From assembly GCA_012295275.1 (NCBI GenBank), contig CM022672.1:24738001-24802000 (forward strand): DNA of 64,000 bases, in the 5' to 3' direction. This stretch comes from Chrysomallon squamiferum. Its lineage: Eukaryota; Animalia; Mollusca. A model generated the notes under the pieces. That model had not been told where the DNA came from. It was given only the letters and a program-made list of their open reading frames with translations, and searched no databases. Below are positions 53,461-64,000 of this stretch, in pieces. The translations under genes were made by a program, and so were the position numbers. Position 1 is the first letter of the stretch. Each line of letters begins with the position of its first letter.

Positions 53461-56459
53461 TGACTGACTGTTTGTTCATACGTCAAATTTTCAAATTATA
53501 ATATTAAATTATAATATTGCTATTACTTACAACAATAATAACAATAATTATTAATTATTCTGTTTTTTAGGCCACTACCACTTGTTTTTGCTTCATCTTT
53601 AAATAATGATGAACTTACATAAATATTCCTTTACTAACACCACCTCAACACTTTTTATCATTAACTCCCAGATTTATTTTTCTACAAGCATGATACGAAA
53701 GTGGAAACCTACTCCACATCAAAGTGGATTATTCATATCGATAACCAATAAGGGATCTTTTACAACTTTCCCCAGATATATACCCCTGCTCACTCATTTA
53801 TTGGCTACATATTATTAGGTAATATTTTCTATTTAAGATACATTTATGTTGTGTTAAAATCGTTTACAGGATTATTATTATTATTATAATTTTTTGGCTC
53901 TACCATTGTTATTCTTCTCAATATTATAATAATAGTCTTTAATACCTAAATAAAATTAACATACGCATTAATCATCATATTAATGTTTTTTATTGCTACT
54001 GTTTTTTTCAAGATCATTCAAGAAAGATATATAAATGAAAAGACTCTGTTTCTCAATTGTATCATCAAAGATTTTACATACATTCAGTACCACAGTATGC
54101 AGGATTTAATTTTAAATAAGACAGTGTAGACATTTTGTTTACAAGGTGAACGATATAAATAACTAATTTTACAAATTACTAATAACTGAAATTTGTTTCA
54201 TTGTAATACGCTCTGTTTACGTACATACATGCTTCTTTAACACGTACACATACATACATACATACATATAGACACACATACACATGAACATACATATGAA
54301 CATACATATAAACATATATACATCATACATACATATAGATATACTGACATATACATTATACATACATATATACACACACACATACATACATTCATACATA
54401 CATATATATATATACATACATACATATATACATACATACATACATATACGTGTATATATATATATATAACTGTTATAATACATAATCCAAGCAATCAAAT
54501 TTGTTTTTTTACACTTAAATATCTTAATGATTATCACTCTTACACTAAGGCAAAATAAATTGTTGGATTTTTTTCATAGAAAAAATACTCATCTGACCTA
54601 ACAATGTTTATATAAATACAAAATCCTTAAACACAACTGATTTTGTTATTCCAGTATTAAAATGAAAAACATGTAGTTCTATTTTACACATTTCTGCACT
54701 AACATTTTACACACAGTAACCAAATATTCATCAGCTGCGTTATCGTAATCACCAAAGTTCTGATTATCTAATTTAAACAAACTATTTTAGACTCGCAATT
54801 AAATTATTTTTATCAAAACATAATTTCACCAGTTACAAAATACTCACTGTCGTGTTGTCAAAACCTCCGAGTTTCAGTTATCTTGGAAAACAATTTTTCG
54901 CGTGCATATGGCGTGGATTAGTACTGCGAAGATTACGAGGTGTGTTGTCAGGGATTAGTTATGGTAAAGCACCAAACACGAGCTTCCGTGACTCTTCGTT
55001 AAAGCGTGCAGTCACCGAAACAAGTAAAAAAAAAAAAAAAAAAAAAAAGCTCCTTGCCCAACGAGTCAACGGTATTAATCAATGCATTTGCCTAACTGGC
55101 TAACTCGTTCACCTCTCTCTGTGTTTATGTGTATGTGAGCATAATAGAAGTATGGCAATTGTTACTTGGATTTGGATGTGACTTTGTTTTGCAGAATATC
55201 AATTTACCCTCCGGTCGATCTGCTTGTTAAGATAAAGGTAACGCTGATCGGTTCGCTAAATTCGTAAAGAAATACGTTGTGCGGAGATTACCGTTTTGAT
55301 ACTGTGAAGTATTGTACAGAAAAAAAACGTGTTTTAATAGGCGTATAAAATTACACGTTTTAATATTACGTTTTAAATATATATATATATATGTGTGTGT
55401 GTAAATCGTTAAAATATTTAAAATGTAATATATATAAGTGTGTGTGTGGGTGGGTGTGTGTGGACGATCTTAGTTGTCTAAAGTCAATCCACATGAAAAT
55501 TATATTTTTTCACAGCTGTGGAAATTTAATCGAATTCTGTCATTCGCAAATAGAACAGATGCTTTTATTTTTTTTTACCATTCTACTTTTAAACTTGACA
55601 AAAATGTTTTTTTTATTATTTAATCAAAAAACCCACAAATATTAATAAAATAAAGAAGTAGAAGAACCACCACCACCAACAACAACAACAATAACGATGA
55701 TGATAATGATAATGATGAAGATAATGATTACAACAATTTCTACCGAAACTGTTTGTCTCTAACAAAGATCTATACAGACTGAACTGTGTTGTATTAACTG
55801 AAACTCTTACTGGGTAAACAACTAATCCCAACACACGAGCTGGTCAGTAAATGCTAAATAAATGGTTCTGTTGGAAGTGTGGATTATCTTGCCAGTTCAC
55901 TCTGTAGCGTTAAGTAGTAACTTGTATTCATAGGAAAACACAACACAAGTTTCCTTTTAATAAATAATTAAGAGAGCAAACGACTTTTTTTTAATGATTT
56001 TGTTCAGTAAGGTTCAGTTGTAAATAATAAGTTAATTAAAATAAAACAACAACAAAAACAATTAAAAAAACAACAACTTATAAAGCAAAAACAAACAAAT
56101 CCCACCTCACAAAAATATAGCCAAAAAATAAAAAAATAAAAAAAAAAAAAATAAAAAAATCATAAAATAAAATAAAAAATCATAATAAATAACAATAATA
56201 ATAATAAAAAAATATATATGAAAATAAAAATAAAAATAATAATAATAAAACAGAACACATACGCACACACATATACACACAAAACAATAATCTTAACACT
56301 TGTATAAGCTATATTACAGTACCCTTTCCACTCCTACGGATACAATTTTTGCATACAACAACAAATTTATATATTAATAAATTAATAAATTTGGATATTT
56401 ACGCTTACTCTTCACTGTGAAAAACTGAGCTCAGTTATTTTTTTTTTTAAATAAGTGAG

Positions 56460-58100
<1,641 letters not shown>

Positions 58101-59130
58101 TTTACTTTCTGTCTTTGTTCCGTCTCAGTCCTCAAAATAATATTTATGATTGACATAAATAGTCACGAGTTATCTCCCTGGACGGAGAATAATGGCGTAA
58201 TAAATATATTAATGTAACATAACATTCAATGTGTTCGCAAATCGGTACTAAATATTATCACTTAGTATTTGAAATTTGATGCTGCTTACTGTATCCATTT
58301 CTAATTTATTTTCTTCTATTTTTTGTTTGTTTGTGGCGTCACAAGTAACAAGGCAGAAAATATTTTCATTAGTGCCTGTTTGAACACGACTTTTGAGTCT
58401 TTGCCAACTCCGATTTCATACATTAATCTTTACAATGTATAATAAACCAGGCAAAAATCCTTTGTGTGTACTTATACCAGTTATTTATTGCTCCACTGTT
58501 ATGTAATTTGGGATACTGTCTTTAACTTAAGCTGTATCTTTGGAGAGACGTGTGCATAACCTTACAACGTTTTATTTATTTTCCAGTTACGGTTTTGTTT
58601 GTTTTAGCGGCAAGACAACAGCAACGACAAAATATAAAAAGCACACCAACAGCATAACTGCAAAAATAACAACAACTGCTACAACAACAACAGCGACAAC
58701 AACAATAATAATATGTCAATAAAATGACAAATTCGTGACAGTGGATGGAGGAAACTTTTTTAACTTCGATGTTGACGCAATTTAGAGTAAAGCTGTATTG
58801 TTAAACTGTGTCTGTAAAGACTTTATATTTTTATTTCATTGTTTGTTTCTTCTTATTCTTATTAAGTATGTAAATAAATAAATAACTGTAATGAAAAACT
58901 ACAACGAAAACAAAACAAAACAAAAAAAGATTATTTTTCTAAAATATTTAATTATTAAATTTTCTTCTTCATTTCAGTAAATAAACTGGAATATCCGTAT
59001 CGAATCTCAAAGCATAAACTTACAATTTTATTAATGGATAAATATGATATTTTAATTTAACATCTATTAAAAACAAATCACTGGTTATATTCATTAATCA
59101 GTCTGCACACTGGTGTTATAAAGAAACACA

Positions 59131-60092
59131 TCACTGACTGCACTGAACAGCCACGTTGTCAGAAACACACTCCTCTTTGTACTTCTCACACAGGTAACTG
59201 AATTTAGACTGTTTGAGTTTCTCCACGTATGTCGACTGCATTCGACTCAAATCGCTGGAACAATCCTTGTATGCATATTCACCATCTACTCTACCTCCAG
59301 GAAGCGGTTGGTCTAATAATAATAACAAAAATAATTTGTAATCGGATTCGTGATAATTTTTATACCAGTTACAGGTCAGTACTGAATTGTATTATAATTT
59401 TTATATTCAGATTATTTGTTGCTGATATATAAATATAGCTCTGCAAAATGAATTTACAATATTTAATTCTGTTGCCAAAAGTACTTTTCTTTCAGGACAC
59501 AGTCGTGTAGCATTCAAGCAGTGACATAACAGAGTGATCTAAAAAATAGAAATAAAATAAAATCTCGAAGTATGTTTTATACCTAGACATTTTGGGAGTG
59601 GGCCAGAAGGGATCCAGGCACCGTGAGCTCCACAAACCCACCACTGACGATGATCATAACCAAACTGAAGTGAGTTGTCTTGAGAACAGAACACCAGACA
59701 CAAGTTGGCCATGTCTGTCTTCCACCCGTTACACACTTTAGCACCCTTTACTGGAACTTCCAGCTCGGGACAAGGTGTCGCTGTCGTGTAAAATAACATT
59801 TATGAATATTATTCCTTCTTATAATGCAAACCCCAACTGCCGTTAACAAATAAGAAAAAAACAACAACAACAAACAAGAAAATAATCCCCCCACTAAAAA
59901 CAAAGTAATAAAAACAAAAAAAAAAAATAAAAGTCCGCAAAACATGAGATAGAATTATAAAAAGAAAGAATTAAGAAAGAAAACAAATTAAGATGAAACC
60001 AAGAAAAAAAAAAAAAAACAAAATATTAAAACATTAGCAAAAAAAACAAATCGAATAAAATAACATTAATATAAAGTGTCTGTGTGTATACG

Positions 60093-60125
<33 letters not shown>

Positions 60126-60599
60126 GCGCGCGCATACATATGTTTATATATAAAATAAACAAACAAGACAAACCGTTTAAAACAGATAAACGAACAAGAT
60201 ACTCCCGTCTTAAAACAAATAAAATAAATAAAACTGTTACTTTGACGAACTTACGTCTAACAGAGATTACAAATTTGCATTCTGACTGAAGTCCATTGAA
60301 GCTTTTCGTGGCCACGTACTGCACGGTGAAATCACCCCAAGGAAACTCAGACTTGTTTTTCAGATAGTTACTTGTAGTAGTGACCTCGTGACCCAGAGGA
60401 TCCGAGGTTTGGGGAACGTCCCAAGTTACGTTCAGGGTGGGGCCTGTAGCGTTAGCAGTAAAACTTTTCGGACATGTTGTGAAGACTGGAGGTTGAATGT
60501 CTTGAAGAGAAAACATAAAGGAAGGTACTTTTTATTTGTAAAACATAAAATAATTATATCTGATTAGGTTTGTGTCTGTGTTTATAGTGTGTTTGTGTG

Positions 60600-60656
<57 letters not shown>

Positions 60657-61124
60657 ATGGTAAAAACCCAGTTATAAATAAATAATAAAAAAAAATATAT
60701 AAATAAATAAATAAAATAAAATAAATGCACCACAAATGTATTGTTTCTAAACATGTAACTCACCATTTTCACAGTTAACTCCACTGAATTCTTTTGGACA
60801 TTTACACGTGTATTCATCAAGACCATCTATACACGTACCCGAGTTCTGACATGGGTTGCTGGCGCACGTGTTGACAACTGTAAAATATTACATCATTCTG
60901 AAAACATCCACCCAGACACCCACCCATCTCCTATCTATCTATCTATCTGTTCAGTCAATTTTTCTCCCTTTATCTATCTCTTGATCGGTCCATCTATCTA
61001 TTAATCAGTCTTGTCTATCTAGCTATCTGTCTATCTATGTATCTCTTTATTTTATATTTATATTTATATTATAAATGTTTAAAATTTATTTGTTAACTTT
61101 TATAGTATTTACATAAACATAACA

Positions 61125-61203
<79 letters not shown>

Positions 61204-61469
61204 ATAATTAGATCTTGGAACAGCTTGGTTCTTTAACAATTAAAATAAATGAGAGAGAAAAAATAAAACACAGTTTACGCTTACATATACATCTGGGTTT
61301 TTCTCCGCTCCAGATTCCAGTGTCTTGACATACTTGTTGACTATATCCACTCATATTGTAGTACTGGTTACACGAATATGTGACGATATCGCCGTAGTTG
61401 TAGCTGTTTCCGATAACTTGGCCGTTGGTTATAGTTCCTGGCGATCCGCACGTGACAACTATTTTATGA

Positions 61470-61501
<32 letters not shown>

Positions 61502-62125
61502 CACACACACATACATACACACATACACAACTGATCACGTAAATAACGAGAAAGATAATTAGGACTGAACTTTGGAAACATTAACGTTATTTATCCTAAA
61601 CACTAATAAAACAGTTTACTTTTATCAGCGTTGAATTTATCCTTGTAATCTGAGACAAATATCTTGACATTTGTTAAAATAAAAACTCATTCAACATTTG
61701 TTTTTATTTAAAGATTCCATTTAAATCGCACTCCGTCAGTGTCGTATATAAAAAAATATCTGTTATTATTTTAAACGATAAACTTTACTTCTGTCACAAC
61801 ATCTGCCTTTCCATCCTCGGTTGCATTTGCACGGGTAACCTGCCGAGTATACACCATTGTTACATACTTTATTGCAGGTTTGATATTCGACCGCCATGTC
61901 GGTGCTGGCACAGTCTTGAAATATTTCGCAACCCGCTTTGTTATAGAGCCAGACCGATCTGATTCGATTCTGTCTACCGTAACATCTGCTCGTGCATTCT
62001 GACCAAGATTCCCAAGTATCCCAGTAACATCCACAATAATCCCATTTAGACGAGCGAGGTGCTTCAGTAAACTCCGGGCAAAAGACGAAAATCAGGCAGA
62101 TCAGCAGACATCCAAGGAGAACATT
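59131..62125 (-). CDS. Secreted mosaic protein: signal-peptide-like segment, TSP1, EGF-like, sushi/CCP, EGF, HYR, sushi-like, Cys-containing tail (SVEP1/SRPX-like modules); start exon uncertain
   Basis: Exons 62125-61789, 61458-61285, 60877-60764, 60500-60255, 59780-59583 and 59312-59131 are joined by phase-1 GT-AG introns; 1251 nt open to the stop. Motifs: [14 protein letters not shown] (TSP1), [10 protein letters not shown]...WSGEKPRC (sushi), [33 protein letters not shown] (EGF), [11 protein letters not shown]...CKFVISV (HYR). Hydrophobic [15 protein letters not shown] at the start. Confidence 0.9.
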
Positions 62126-62539
62126 CTGTTTGTTCAAATCAGTTATAAATTATATTAAACTGAATTACATAAGAAAAGATAAGAAACGATAAGATAAGAT
62201 AAGATAAGACTGGATTAGATTCGATTAAATTAGATCAGAACACACACAGGCAAACATACAGATGGATGGAAGGATAGATTGATAGACAGTTAAAAGTGTG
62301 AAATGATAGATATAAAATTCGAAAAAGAACAAAGAAAAGAAATAAAGAAAAATATTTCATGAAAAAGGAAACAAATAATAAAATGAACAAAAATATATAA
62401 ATAGAGAAACAAAGACAACTGATTAATTAATTAATAGTTACGTGGTAAACTCATTGCTATGACTACTCCTACTACTACTAGTACAAAACAACGATAACAA
62501 CAACTACTACTACTATAATTATTTCTACTATTACTTTAA

Positions 62540-62860
62540 CTGCTACTGCTGTTGCCATTACTATTATTATTACTGGTGTTACTGCTGCTGTTATCAGAAT
62601 CTCTGGTACTACTGCTACTGCTATCTGTATCTCTTAAAATACTGGTTTTACTGCTGCTGCTATCTCTAGATACTGCTGCTGTTGCTGCTGCTACTATCTG
62701 TTTCTCTGATATTACTGGTGTTACTGCTGCTGTTTTCAGTATCTCGGGTACTACTCCTGTTACCTTTGCTGCTATCAGAATTTCTGATACTACTGCTATA
62801 AGTATTTCTGATACTATAACTGTTACTGCTGCTGCTATCAATATATCTGATACTACTACC
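62540..62860. repeat. Degenerate (TAC/TGC)n-based minisatellite
   Basis: Recurrent tactgctgctgctatc(agt)atctctga units; the source of ORFs 62536-62841 and 62552-63034. Confidence 0.75.
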
Positions 62861-62883
62861 TTGTGTGTGTTTGTGTCTGTCTG

Positions 62884-62956
<73 letters not shown>

Positions 62957-62960
62957 ATAT

Positions 62961-63017
62961 ATTGTATACTGGTGATACGTGACAATATCGCCATATTTGT
63001 ATCTGTTTCCGAAAACA
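62961..63017 (-). pseudogene. Fragment of a third copy of the sushi exon
   Basis: gtgacaatatcgccatatttgtatctgtttccgaaaac aligns with gtgacgatatcgccgtagttgtagctgtttccgataac at 61380-61417. It translates VFGNRYKYGDIVTY vs [14 protein letters not shown]. Confidence 0.75.
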
Positions 63018-63898
63018 ACTGGTTGCTGAGTTAAATAAGATATGAGCTTACTCCTCCGAAGGATTATAAAACGAGGATTATAAAGCTAGTCAAGAATGGA
63101 TTATAAATTACTTCTAAACTAGTTCAAGTCCAGTTATTCGTTTCGAATCCCCTTTTTATTAAACATACTACCTGAGAGACAAAAAATACTTCCTTGTCTG
63201 CAGTGAGTCGTTTCAAATAATACATTGATATTGTAGGAATATATCAAGTATTTCTACTACTACTACTACTATACTAATACTGTTGCTGCTACTACTTCGA
63301 CTACTGCGTGTAGTAATACTGCTAATACTACTAATATAACTACAACTAGTGCTTTCTTCAGTATTAAAATTTAATTGGAGAGGTTATGTCAAATATTAAT
63401 TCACTAAAAACTCCCAGTTATTCTTAATACGATAATGAATATATAATTAAAGAACTGTATTAAATATAATAATAATAATAGCAATAAAAATATTTCGTAC
63501 CATAATGAATCGTCAGTGGAGCACCATGACAGCCAAAATAACGAATAGTTATTCGCTCAATACTACTTACCGGTTGAAACGCGATTTGTTTGATAAATTT
63601 TGAACCGGTGCCAACTTAAAATGAATAGACGTCCGATATCCTATCTGTCTTTGCATACTCGAATACACTCACATTGATTCAAAACTCAGTATTAAACCAG
63701 ACCTATTTTTCTATTTTTAATATACAACTATGTCTACGTGTGTTTCTACACGTATTTTTATACTGAAATAAATTAGTTCAGTAACTCACAATAAGAGAAT
63801 GTTTTAAAATATTGTGACAACTTCAACTTTGTGTCCATGTTCATTTTTCAATATGTGCTTGTTTGCAGGTGTTTGACTATCCATATCTTTAGCCATAC

Positions 63899-63940
63899 CT
63901 CAGGGTAGGCTCTGTATGTATCTATATACTTGTCCATCAT
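63899..63940 (-). CDS. Candidate first coding exon of the mosaic gene (MMDKYIDTYRAYPE)
   Basis: ATG-initiated 42-nt segment ending in GAG|GTATGG, phase 0, which is the phase required by the exon starting at 62125. Only phase compatibility supports it. Confidence 0.35.
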
Positions 63941-64000
63941 TTCTATTGTGTGAATTTATTTGGGATTGTTTTTATTGCTTTATTTTACTCTTTCATGCAA

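Noticed and set aside
54877-54891. Possible X-box GTTATCTTGGAAAAC near the putative promoter of the 324-aa gene
   Set aside because: Spacing and half-sites deviate from consensus; too weak to call.
59131-62125. Assigning the symbol SVEP1 or SRPX to the mosaic gene
   Set aside because: It shares modules only: no vWA, pentraxin or thioredoxin-like domain, and a different order and length.
62536-63034. 101-aa and 160-aa ORFs
   Set aside because: They arise from the TAC/TGC minisatellite and the TATC microsatellite.

Overview
Eukaryotic animal DNA: very AT-rich, packed with microsatellites and containing spliced genes. The style suggests an invertebrate, plausibly a lophotrochozoan or mollusc (inference, not proven). 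I assembled five protein-coding genes by hand from splice sites and reading-frame phase. (1) A Gfi1/Gfi1b/senseless-family SNAG + six-C2H2 repressor (minus strand, 4 exons, 443 aa). Its large introns and the ~14 kb gene-free upstream region carry short CpG-rich, motif-rich islands. (2) An uncharacterised 484-aa protein (minus, 9 coding exons) made of four tandem copies of a ~100-aa domain I cannot name, with an N-terminal PPxY motif and a C-terminal CaaX-like end. (3) UBL5/Hub1 (plus, 73 aa), with two U12-type introns. (4) An uncharacterised 324-aa single-coding-exon protein with a coiled-coil-like N-terminal half (minus). (5) A secreted TSP1-EGF-sushi-EGF-HYR-sushi mosaic protein (minus), flanked by a decayed tandem duplicate downstream and a sushi-exon fragment upstream. 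Most short ORFs in the supplied track are microsatellite translations. I found no rRNA, tRNA, CRISPR or autonomous transposon. The best novelty candidate is the four-repeat PPxY/CaaX protein, and its function is unproven.
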